From Verrucomicrobiota bacterium (GTDB lineage: Bacteria; Verrucomicrobiota; Verrucomicrobiia; Chthoniobacterales; UBA10450): DNA of 34,619 nucleotides. Below, piece after piece: positions 26,608 through 34,619 of the stretch. Every line of letters starts with the position of its first letter. The first letter of the stretch is position 1. Under the pieces are notes generated by a model. The model saw only the letters and a program-made list of their open reading frames with translations, made no database searches and was not told where the DNA came from. The stretch is from positions 1-34,619 of the forward strand of contig QHMQ01000097.1 in NCBI GenBank assembly GCA_003217835.1, read 5' to 3'. The position numbers were made by a program, and so were the translations under genes.

Positions 26608-26695
26608 TAGGGAGAAATCCAAACCCTGCAAAAAATTAATCGCCGCTCGCGCGATTGGCGAGCGTGTCTGCGACGGCGAACGAATCACTTAAACA

Positions 26696-27916
26696 ATGGC
26701 GCGTTATCGCATCACACAGATTGAAGACTACGAGCCGCTCATTGGAAGCGAAAAAGTCGAGCGTATCCGTGAGAAGGCCGGGAAGTTCAAAGATCTGCGC
26801 GTAGCCAATTTCAATTCGACCTATTACGGGGGCGGAGTGGCCGAGATGATTTCGTCGCTTACCCTGCTCATGAACAGCCTTGGTCTTCGTAGCGAGTGGC
26901 GCGTAATTCAGGGAACGGCTGACTTTTTCTCGATCACGAAGAAGATGCACAACGCGCTCCAAGGCGGCGAGATCGATCTCTCGGCCATCAAAAAAGAAAT
27001 CTACGAACAGGTCATTTACGAAAACAGCGTCCGCAATTTTCTAGAGCACGATTTCGTCATCGTCCACGATCCGCACCCGCTTCCGTTCATCGAGCACTAC
27101 GAAAAAAAATGCCCATGGATCTGGCGCTGCCATATCGATCTTTCACGGCCCGATGCAGAAATGTGGAAATATTTGCGCCATTGGATCGACAAATACGACG
27201 CCGTCATCGTGAGTTGTCCCGAATACAAGCAGGAGATGAAGCCGCCACAGCGCGTCTTCATGCCTGCGATCAACCCGTTCAGCATTAAAAACCGTGAGCT
27301 AGGCGACGACGAAATCCACGAGCGCCTCGCGCACTACAAAATTCCAACCGATTTGCCATTGGTAGTGCAAATTTCGCGTTTTGATCCGTGGAAAGATCCA
27401 GAGGGAGTAGTAGAAGCCTTCAAGCGCGCGCGTAAAGAAGTCGATGCCACACTTGTGTTGCTGGGCAACTTCGCGACTGACGATCCCGAAGGCCGGGAGA
27501 TTTTTGAGTCCCTCTGCGCCTGCCAGGATGAGCGCATATTGATTCTGACCAGCGGCGACGACACTGCGCTGGTGAACGCGTTGCAAACCCGCGCAGCGGT
27601 CGTTCTCCAAAAATCGCTCCGTGAAGGATTCGGGCTCACGGTTGCCGAAGCGATGTGGAAAGGGACACCTGTGATCGGCGGAAACGTCGGCGGAATTCGC
27701 TACCAGATCGAGAACGGGGTGAATGGTTTTCTCGTTTCGTCGGTCGAAGAAGCCGCCGAATGCATCGTTCGCCTACTGAAGGATGAGAAATTGCGCGACG
27801 AAATAGGACAGAAGGCTCGCGAAGCTGTACGCGAGAAATTTCTGCTCACCCGTTACGTCGAACAATATCTGGATCTCTTCGCCGCCTTCGACGAGGACTT
27901 TCGTTTGCAAGAATAA
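26696..27916 (+). CDS. treT: trehalose glycosyltransferring synthase (TreT-type GT4 glycosyltransferase)
   Basis: 406-aa ORF that is collinear with archaeal and thermophile TreT as I recall it. Shared segments are NSTYYGGGVAEM, FFSITKKMHNALQG, HDPHPLP, PWIWRCHIDLS, SRFDPWKDP, DDPEG and SLREGFGLTVAEAMWKGTPVIGGNVGGI. Confidence 0.85.
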   Translation: MARYRITQIEDYEPLIGSEKVERIREKAGKFKDLRVANFNSTYYGGGVAEMISSLTLLMNSLGLRSEWRVIQGTADFFSITKKMHNALQGGEIDLSAIKKEIYEQVIYENSVRNFLEHDFVIVHDPHPLPFIEHYEKKCPWIWRCHIDLSRPDAEMWKYLRHWIDKYDAVIVSCPEYKQEMKPPQRVFMPAINPFSIKNRELGDDEIHERLAHYKIPTDLPLVVQISRFDPWKDPEGVVEAFKRARKEVDATLVLLGNFATDDPEGREIFESLCACQDERILILTSGDDTALVNALQTRAAVVLQKSLREGFGLTVAEAMWKGTPVIGGNVGGIRYQIENGVNGFLVSSVEEAAECIVRLLKDEKLRDEIGQKAREAVREKFLLTRYVEQYLDLFAAFDEDFRLQE

Positions 27917-27985
27917 ATCGGACGTTCGCGACCGTTCCGGTCCCGGGCTGGGAGATGACTTTGCTTCTCAGTTGAATCGGTGGCG

Positions 27986-28537
27986 CTATTGGCTTTTCGC
28001 CCGTCCGATCACGCCACAGGCAACGCGCGCTCCCGAGTCACCGGCCGGTTGCGATTTGAGATCGTCCGCTTTCGCGTGGACAACGACAGAACGGCCAATG
28101 ATCGAACGGTCGTCGTTAGACAGCGACATGTTGTGATCCAGATAATCCAATTTTGCCGCACCCGAAGTATCCGCCTCGATGTTGCCCATGTCGCCAACAT
28201 GCCGGGCAGTCGCATCAGGGGCCGCGTGTGGCTGTTTCGTTGGATTAAAGTGAGCGCCGGCAGAATTTGCATCGGCCGCGGCGCAATCGCCAAATTCATG
28301 GACATGAAACCCATGTTTGCCCGGAGTAAGGCCGGTAATTTCCGCGTGGACTTGAACCCCGTCTGCGACCTCAGTGAACATGACGGTACCGCTAACCTTG
28401 TTGTCCTGTGTGGGGTGGAGCACGGCGATGGCCTTCAGCGGGACCAACGATTTCTCTTCCGGCGCCTCCGCTTGCGCGATGATCGCCGTGAGCGACAAAA
28501 AGATCAATGCAATTACAGAGATTGGAAACGACTTCAT
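27986..28537 (-). CDS. sodC: periplasmic Cu,Zn superoxide dismutase
   Basis: 183-aa ORF with a signal peptide (..LTAIIAQAEA). The metal-ligand motifs are HGFHVHEFGDC, GAHFNP, HVGDMGN and VVVHAKADD, and the conserved C-terminal ACGVIG is present. Confidence 0.93.
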   Translation of the reverse strand: MKSFPISVIALIFLSLTAIIAQAEAPEEKSLVPLKAIAVLHPTQDNKVSGTVMFTEVADGVQVHAEITGLTPGKHGFHVHEFGDCAAADANSAGAHFNPTKQPHAAPDATARHVGDMGNIEADTSGAAKLDYLDHNMSLSNDDRSIIGRSVVVHAKADDLKSQPAGDSGARVACGVIGRAKSQ

Positions 28538-28749
28538 ACAAAATACTTCGTCGCATCACGCTATTCCAGCTGCATGACTTTTGTCTACTCTACATCGACT
28601 CTTGTTCATCGCAGAATCAACTCCATCCCATCGTGGGCAATGCCCGCTTCGAGTTCGCGTTCGATGCCCATCTCGCGCGCGACGAAATTTGTGCTCCGCT
28701 TAGATAAGCTTTCGTCGAAACGCGTGGCAAAGGCAGAACATCCAAAGAA

Positions 28750-31422
28750 ATGACCTCGGAGCGAACATTGCAATCGGTCGTGGACTCGTTACGCGACCAC
28801 GGCAGGAAGACGGCGTTGGTGGTCTTTGGCAGGAAAGATCGATATCATTGGTCTTTTCAGGAACTGGCGGCTTGCGCACTCTCGTTCGCTAATGGGCTCG
28901 TTAAGCACGATTTCAAGCGCGGCGACACCATTGCGATTTTCTCGGAAAACAGCCCGGAATCGATCGCGGCTGTGCTGGGAATCATTCGCGCAGGGATGGT
29001 CGCTGTGCCCCTGGATGTCCAGCTTGACGACAAGACTCTGAGACACACGCTGCAAGACAGTGACGCGCGCGCGATCATCACGACAAGAAAGCGAGTGGAT
29101 CGGATCGAGAAACTCGATCTCAAAGAAAGGCCAAAGCTCATCCTGATCGACGCTGGCCAGAACGACGATCGAAGTTGGGAGCGATTTATAGAAACTGAGG
29201 AAACGGAACTTCCAGCGGTCAGCCGCGACGACGAAGCGGTTCTGTTTTACACGTCTGGAACGACCGGTCCTCCGAAGGGCGTGCCGTTGAGTCACGGCAA
29301 TATTATCTCGCAGCTCGACACGGCCGCCAAAGTGCAGCTCATCACCGGCGAGGATCGTGTGTTGCTCCCGCTGCCCTTGCATCATGTCTATCCATTTGTG
29401 ATCGGCATGCTGGCCCCGCTCGCCCTAGGTCTGCCGCTGATTTTGCCATTTTCACTGAGTGGCCAGCAATTGCTGCGCGCTTTACGGGAGGGCGAAACGA
29501 CGGCGATTGTAGGCGTTCCGCGGCTCTACAGCGCGCTCTATTCTGGAATTGAGGCGAGAGTAAAGTCTGCCGGCTGCATCGCGCGCAGATTGTTTAGCAT
29601 TTTTCTGGCCACAAGTGGATTTGTGCGAAAATCATTCGGCCTACGGGCCGGCAAGTTGCTGTTTCGCTCGTTGCACAAACGCTTTGGCAAAAATCTCAGG
29701 CTGCTTGCCTCTGGCGGCTCGGCGCTCGATCCCAAGCTAGGTTCGAAACTTGAAGCGCTCGGCTGGCAAGTCGCCATCGGCTACGGACTCACCGAGACTT
29801 CACCGCTTCTCACGGTAAACTTGCCTAACAAGTCATCGCGACTGGACACCGCGGGAAAACCCGTTGCGGACGTGGAGATTCGCATCGAACCGAGCGCGCT
29901 CGAAAAAGAAGAGCGCATCGATGGACACGAGGTCGGCGAGGTCGTTGCACGCGGGCCGAATGTCTTTGCCGGCTACCGGAATCTTCCAGACAAAACCGAC
30001 GAAGTCTTTGCCGAAAATCGATGGTTCCGCACTGGCGACATGGGTTATTTCGATAACGACGGGAATCTTCATCTGCTCGGACGCCTGTCGACGTTGATCA
30101 AAACCGAAAGCGGCGAGAAAATCCAAACCGAGGATGTCGAAACGGCGTATGCCGAGGAATCCGCCATTCGCGAGATCGGCGTGCTCGAGAAAAAAGGCAA
30201 GCTTGTCGCGCTCGTAGTGCCGAAGCAGACGGGAAGCGATGCAAAGGACGCTGTCCGCATAGCGATCGAGACAGCGTCAAAACGGTTGCCGAGTCATCAG
30301 CGCATTTCGGAGTACGCTATCACGCCCGATGCGTTGCCGCGCACGCGGCTCGGTAAAATCCAGCGTCATCGGCTGGCCGAACGTTACGACCAGGCAAAAG
30401 AAGGCGGCGAAAAGGCTCCCGCCGCGGGCCCGATGTCGATCGAAGAAATGTCGGGCGAAGATCGCGCACTGCTGGAGGATTCCGCCACGCAATCCGTGTG
30501 GGAAATGCTTGCGAAACGGTATCGCGGCAAGCGACTGACACCGGACACAAGTCCGCAGTTCGATCTCGGAATCGATTCGCTCGAGTGGTTAAATCTCACG
30601 CTGGAAATCGCCGAATCCAGCGGAGTGGAATTGACCGATGAAGCGATCGCGCGCATCGAGACCGTGCGCGATCTCCTGCACGAAGTGACAGAGAGCAGCG
30701 AAGGCGAATCGGTCGATCCGTTGGAAAAACCCGACGAAGTCCTCGACGAGAAGCAAAAACAATGGCTCGAGCCGCTCGGCCTGGTCGCCGCTACGACTGC
30801 GCGTTTTCTCTATGCGGTGAATCGCGTGTTGATGCGCGTGATCTTTCGGCTGCGCGTCGAGGGACTTGAACATTTGCCGGAAGACGAGCAATGGGTGATG
30901 ACACCAAACCATGCCAGTTACCTCGATCCGTTCGCGATTGCCGCATTGCTCGACTGGAACCAGTTGCGCAAAACCTATTGGGCTGGTTGGACCGGCATCG
31001 TTCTCGCGAATCCGGTGATGCGTTTCCTCAGCCGGCTGGGAAAGATTTTGCCGGTCGAGCCAATGCGCGCTGCGCGCTCAAGCCTGGCTTTTGGGGCCAC
31101 CATCCTGAAAAACAAAAAGAACCTCGTTTGGTTTCCCGAAGGCGGACTCTCGGCCAATGGAGAGTTGCAAGACTTCAAACCGGGCATAGGGATGCTACTG
31201 GAACATTTCCCAGCACGAGTCGTTCCCGTGTTTGTTCACGGCACGCACCAAGCTCTGCCACCGGGAAAGTTTTTTCCCAAGCCACATGCGATTTATGTCG
31301 TGTTCGGCAAGGCGCTCGACGCGCAACAACTGAAGCGTGAGGGCCGCGGCGAAAAACCGCAGCAAGAGATCACGAACGCCTTACACGATTACGTAGCGAA
31401 GCTCGCACAGGGCGTTTCCTGA
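28750..31422 (+). CDS. three-domain fusion: fatty-acid AMP ligase (acyl-CoA/acyl-ACP synthetase-like), acyl-carrier (PP-binding) domain, and PlsC-family acyltransferase
   Basis: 890-aa ORF. The adenylation motifs are YTSGTTGPPKGV (aa 167-178), GYGLTETSP, WFRTGDMGYFD and LGKIQRH (to about aa 545). The carrier motif is FDLGIDSLEWL, with Ser610 at nt 30577-30579. The acyltransferase has HX4D as NHASYLDP (His721, nt 30910) and a WFPEGGLS block. Confidence 0.9.
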   Translation: MTSERTLQSVVDSLRDHGRKTALVVFGRKDRYHWSFQELAACALSFANGLVKHDFKRGDTIAIFSENSPESIAAVLGIIRAGMVAVPLDVQLDDKTLRHTLQDSDARAIITTRKRVDRIEKLDLKERPKLILIDAGQNDDRSWERFIETEETELPAVSRDDEAVLFYTSGTTGPPKGVPLSHGNIISQLDTAAKVQLITGEDRVLLPLPLHHVYPFVIGMLAPLALGLPLILPFSLSGQQLLRALREGETTAIVGVPRLYSALYSGIEARVKSAGCIARRLFSIFLATSGFVRKSFGLRAGKLLFRSLHKRFGKNLRLLASGGSALDPKLGSKLEALGWQVAIGYGLTETSPLLTVNLPNKSSRLDTAGKPVADVEIRIEPSALEKEERIDGHEVGEVVARGPNVFAGYRNLPDKTDEVFAENRWFRTGDMGYFDNDGNLHLLGRLSTLIKTESGEKIQTEDVETAYAEESAIREIGVLEKKGKLVALVVPKQTGSDAKDAVRIAIETASKRLPSHQRISEYAITPDALPRTRLGKIQRHRLAERYDQAKEGGEKAPAAGPMSIEEMSGEDRALLEDSATQSVWEMLAKRYRGKRLTPDTSPQFDLGIDSLEWLNLTLEIAESSGVELTDEAIARIETVRDLLHEVTESSEGESVDPLEKPDEVLDEKQKQWLEPLGLVAATTARFLYAVNRVLMRVIFRLRVEGLEHLPEDEQWVMTPNHASYLDPFAIAALLDWNQLRKTYWAGWTGIVLANPVMRFLSRLGKILPVEPMRAARSSLAFGATILKNKKNLVWFPEGGLSANGELQDFKPGIGMLLEHFPARVVPVFVHGTHQALPPGKFFPKPHAIYVVFGKALDAQQLKREGRGEKPQQEITNALHDYVAKLAQGVS

Positions 31423-31473
31423 CATTCGACAATTTTCGAATTGCGAAGCCAGTTGGAAGCAAAATAATACCCG

Positions 31474-32910
31474 TCATCGCGGATTCTGTGCAGAATCACT
31501 TGGCGATCGCGATGCTGCCGCGAAAAACGAATTTACCCACGAGAACACGTTCTCGTTCGATATCAGCTGTCTCATGCGCTTCATGCGCATGCTGCGTTGC
31601 GCCTTGCTCATTCGGAATGCTTTCAAAATCGTGTCAGCCACCTGCTCGACATCGTAGGGATTCACCAGTAGCGCGCTGCGCTTCAGCTGCTCCGCCGCGC
31701 CGGCGAATTCGCTGAGAATCAGCACGCCGCTTTTGTCTATGCGACATGCGCAATATTCCTTGGCGACGAGGTTCATCCCATCTTTCAGCGGCGTGACCAG
31801 CGCGATTTCGCACGCCCGGTAGTGGGCCAGCAGATCGTCGCGATCGAGGCGGCGAAAGCGATAATGCACGGGCAGCCAGGTATCGGTCGAGAAGCGACCG
31901 TTGATGTCGCCGACTAAACGATCGATGCGATCCTTGAACTCGTGATATCTGGGAATTTCTACTCGACTCGGCACAACATTCTGGATCAGGACCACGCGAC
32001 CTCGCAGTTCCTCGTACCGCTCCAATCCATCGCGGAACGCGCGCAGGCGCTCGGGAATTCCCTTGCTGTAATCGAGCCGATCCACGCCGAGAACGAGCTG
32101 GCAGCCGGGAAAAGCGGCGCGCAGCTGTTCAGCCCGCTGCGCGACTTCCTGCGACGCCGCGCCTTTTTCAAACGACTCGAAATCGATGCCGATGGGGAAA
32201 CTGCCGACGCGGACCTCGCGCTTTTCGACGCGGATTAAATGGAGCCCCGCAATGGTATGAACGGCCGCGTCGGGCAGCACGCGCCGTACGCATTGCAGGA
32301 AGTTGCGGAGGTCGCGGCGTGTCTGGAACCCGAGAAGATCGAATTGGAGCAGAGCGCGCAATAGCCGTTGTTGTTGTGGCAGCTTGGCGAAGATGTCGTA
32401 GGCCGGAAATGGGATGTGCAGGAAGAACGTCAACGCCGCGCTTACGCCGCGCTCGCGCAGCGCTTGAGCAACATACATCAGGTGATAATCGTGCACCCAG
32501 ATGAAATCGTCGCGCTCGCAGTGTTGCGCGATGGTCTCGGCGTAACGCTGATTGACCGCCTTGTAAGTCTGCCAAAAGGCCGGCTCGAAGTTGCAGAAGT
32601 TTTGTAAGTCGTGAAACAGCGGCCAGATGACTTCGTTGGAATAGCCGTAGTAAAACTCGTCACGCTCCGCCTCACTCAACGCCACTGGTATGACTTGGTA
32701 ACCGGCGTTGCGCGAGGCGTCGGCGAGAGGCGCCTGCGGAATATCACCCGCCATGCCGATCCAGCCGATCCACGTCCCCGCGCGTTCGCGCAACACTGGC
32801 TCGATGGCTCTGACGAGTCCGCCGACAGAGGACGTCACGATCCATGGACCGCTTCCTACTCGCTCAAGGGCGAATGGCAACCGATTAGACACGAGGATAA
32901 GCCGATTCAT
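31474..32910 (-). CDS. otsA: alpha,alpha-trehalose-phosphate synthase (GT20)
   Basis: Motifs: [57 protein letters not shown] and [15 protein letters not shown] placed the start at the ATG at 32910 (478 aa), which matches the canonical OtsA N-terminus. The GTG at 33009 is the upstream limit in the track. Confidence 0.9.
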   Translation of the reverse strand: MNRLILVSNRLPFALERVGSGPWIVTSSVGGLVRAIEPVLRERAGTWIGWIGMAGDIPQAPLADASRNAGYQVIPVALSEAERDEFYYGYSNEVIWPLFHDLQNFCNFEPAFWQTYKAVNQRYAETIAQHCERDDFIWVHDYHLMYVAQALRERGVSAALTFFLHIPFPAYDIFAKLPQQQRLLRALLQFDLLGFQTRRDLRNFLQCVRRVLPDAAVHTIAGLHLIRVEKREVRVGSFPIGIDFESFEKGAASQEVAQRAEQLRAAFPGCQLVLGVDRLDYSKGIPERLRAFRDGLERYEELRGRVVLIQNVVPSRVEIPRYHEFKDRIDRLVGDINGRFSTDTWLPVHYRFRRLDRDDLLAHYRACEIALVTPLKDGMNLVAKEYCACRIDKSGVLILSEFAGAAEQLKRSALLVNPYDVEQVADTILKAFRMSKAQRSMRMKRMRQLISNENVFSWVNSFFAAASRSPSDSAQNPR

Positions 32911-32986
32911 GGGCGCGGATTTCACAGATGAATCGTGCGCCGCTGTTGGGTTGCGCCCGCAGCTGGTGCGTCCATCATGTGCGAAG

Positions 32987-33817
32987 AATATGATGCGGAG
33001 ATCGCCCACTCACGACTCACTTGGGAACAAAATTCCTTCCGCGCTCGATCATGTCCACGAGATCGCGATTCGCGGACGGCAGCTTGCTGTTTTCCTCGAT
33101 TATGACGGGACGCTCACGCCGATCGTCAACCGACCGGAGGAAGCGGTACTCGCCGATTCAATGCGACAGGCGGTGCGGACGCTGGCTAATCGTGTGCCAG
33201 TCGCGATTCTTAGCGGTCGCGATCTGGAGGACATCCGGCGCCGCGTCGATATCGACGGAATCGTTTATGCCGGCAGTCACGGCTTCGACATCGCCGGGCC
33301 GCGCGGCCTGCACAAACAAATGGCTACAGAGTTTCTGTCAATTCTCGATGCTGCAGAAAAACAGCTTCATGAAAGACTCGCCGGCGTCTCTGGTGCTTTC
33401 CTAGAGCGGAAACGTTTCTCCATCGCCGCGCACTACCGGAATGTGGACGACAGCGATGTTTTCAAAGTCGAGCAAGCGGTGAATGAAGCGGCTGCGCACT
33501 GTCGCGAGCTGCGCGTGACCGTGGGTAAAAAAGTTTACGAGCTCCAGCCGAACATCGATTGGGACAAAGGCAAAGCCCTGATCTGGCTGCTGGATACGTT
33601 GGGCTTGAACCAGTCGAAAGCGCTTTCGCTTTACATTGGCGATGATCTCACCGACGAAAACGCCTTCCGCGCGCTGCGGCAACTTGGCATCAGCATCGTT
33701 GTAAGTGAGCAGCCGCGGTCGAGTGCCGCGCACTATGCGCTTAAGAGCCCGGCGGAAGTCGAGCGCTTCTTGCACGAACTCACCACGCGTGCCGAGAAAT
33801 GCGAGATTTATCGGTAA
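32987..33817 (+). CDS. otsB: trehalose-6-phosphate phosphatase (HAD family)
   Basis: HAD motif I FLDYDGTLTP, then ILSGR, then motif III/IV KGKAL...YIGDDLTDENAF. I chose the start at ATGATG 32987 (276 aa). The track ORF start at 32708 runs antisense through the otsA N-terminus. Confidence 0.85.
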   Translation, partial: NMMRRSPTHDSLGNKIPSALDHVHEIAIRGRQLAVFLDYDGTLTPIVNRPEEAVLADSMRQAVRTLANRVPVAILSGRDLEDIRRRVDIDGIVYAGSHGFDIAGPRGLHKQMATEFLSILDAAEKQLHERLAGVSGAFLERKRFSIAAHYRNVDDSDVFKVEQAVNEAAAHCRELRVTVGKKVYELQPNIDWDKGKALIWLLDTLGLNQSKALSLYIGDDLTDENAFRALRQLGISIVVSEQPRSSAAHYALKSPAEVERFLHELTTRAEKCEIYR

Positions 33818-33942
33818 AGATTGAATCGTTTTAGAGATTGATGCGATCCCGGACGCGCGGCGCCGAATTGCGGGCCATCAACGACACTTGCCAGGGCGTG
33901 ACGAGTTGCTACGGTCATCCTTTCTTGCACTGGAGGAACAGT

Positions 33943-34374
33943 ATGTCGTTATCGGAAAACAAAGATTTGGCCCGGCGGGCTATCGGCCTTTGGACACAGG
34001 GCAGCAAAGAAAGTCTCGAGCAGATTTTCGGGAGCGATTACGTGAACCATCAGCATCATCATCCGGACCGCGCTGAAGCAATTCGCGGACTCGACGCGTG
34101 GAGGCAGTTTATTACCACGTTCCATGAAGCGTTTCCCGATTTCGAGGACCGGATCGTCGCGCAGATCGCCAAAGGGGATATGGTTGCGACGCAGTTTGTT
34201 TCCACAGGTACGCAGAAAGGTGAAATGATGGGCATTCCGGCTACGGGCCGGCGTGCCAGTTGGACCGGCATCGTGATTGATCGCGTTGCGAATGGCAAGA
34301 TTGCCGAGAGTTGGGCCAATTGGGACATGTTCGGGATGCTCCAACAGTTGCGCGCGGTCAAAGCGCCGAAATAG
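33943..34374 (+). CDS. SnoaL-like / predicted ester cyclase family protein
   Basis: 143-aa ORF MSLSENKDLARRAIGLWTQG...DYVNH...FHEAFPDFEDRIVAQIAKGDMVATQF..GTQKGEMMGIPATGRRASWTGIVIDRVANGKIAESW. This pattern is typical of the SnoaL/ester-cyclase fold. A GGAGG at 33932-33936 lies 6 nt before the ATG. Confidence 0.8.
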   Translation: MSLSENKDLARRAIGLWTQGSKESLEQIFGSDYVNHQHHHPDRAEAIRGLDAWRQFITTFHEAFPDFEDRIVAQIAKGDMVATQFVSTGTQKGEMMGIPATGRRASWTGIVIDRVANGKIAESWANWDMFGMLQQLRAVKAPK

Positions 34375-34619
34375 CAACGGCTTGCTCGATTCCTCACGCG
34401 GTTCGAGGAAAGCAGTTATGCGCCGCGAGTAGGAAAAGAGCCTCGCCCACCACCGGACGGACTCGCTACGGGGAGCCTGCCGGATCGAAATCATCGAAAG
34501 CGTCGCACGCTTACTACCAATCGAGCGTCAGGCTATCATCTTCTCCCAGACGCATCTGGGTCGCGAGTGGCTTTCCAAGTTCGTTTAGAAGATTGCAGAG
34601 CCATTTGGCGTCGCTGGCC

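Noticed and set aside
28600-28670. 21-codon minus-strand micro-ORF (MGIERELEAGIAHDGMELILR) in the sodC / lipid-fusion divergent spacer.
   Set aside because: It is too short, has no RBS and no recognisable peptide class. It is likely random.
34514-34619. Open minus-strand frame at the window end (...SDAKWLCNLLNELGKPLATQMRLGEDDSLTLDW, stop at 34516..34514) that could be the 3' end of a gene entering from beyond the window.
   Set aside because: Only about 35 codons are visible, with no recognisable motif. That is not enough evidence to call a CDS.

Overview
This looks like an ordinary chromosomal window from a moderately GC-rich bacterium. I cannot assign a taxon from the sequence alone. Most genes lack an obvious Shine-Dalgarno, and two appear to use TTG starts. 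I saw no mobile element, CRISPR array, integrase or recognisable defence gene. Gene content by region: (i) 1-9330, minus strand, is a phosphate supercluster: phoB-phoR, then pstS-pstC-pstA-pstB-phoU, then ppk1 translationally coupled to a polyphosphate-glucokinase-like ROK kinase. (ii) 9514-14945 holds uvrA, overlapped by 4 nt with a large secreted TPR-like protein. (iii) 15066-21822 holds a small secreted ORF, an acyl-CoA dehydrogenase-ilvC pair, the class II B12-dependent ribonucleotide reductase nrdJ, and tRNA-Ser(CGA). (iv) 22002-26367 holds a translationally coupled phosphoribosyltransferase/dienelactone-hydrolase pair, an orphan comA-like phosphosulfolactate synthase, and pncB-pncA for NAD salvage. 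(v) 26696-34374 is a trehalose and oxidative-stress neighbourhood: treT, sodC, a three-domain acyl-AMP ligase/carrier/PlsC-acyltransferase fusion, divergent otsA and otsB, and a SnoaL-like cyclase. The items most worth a second look are a pstB that lacks the ABC signature (LSGGQ) segment in frame, the permuted Aas-like three-domain lipid enzyme sitting between two trehalose pathways, the uncharacterised PRTase/hydrolase pair, and a perfect 11-bp-stem inverted repeat centred in the comA/pncB divergent spacer. All functional calls come from reading motifs in the translations. No database search was run.
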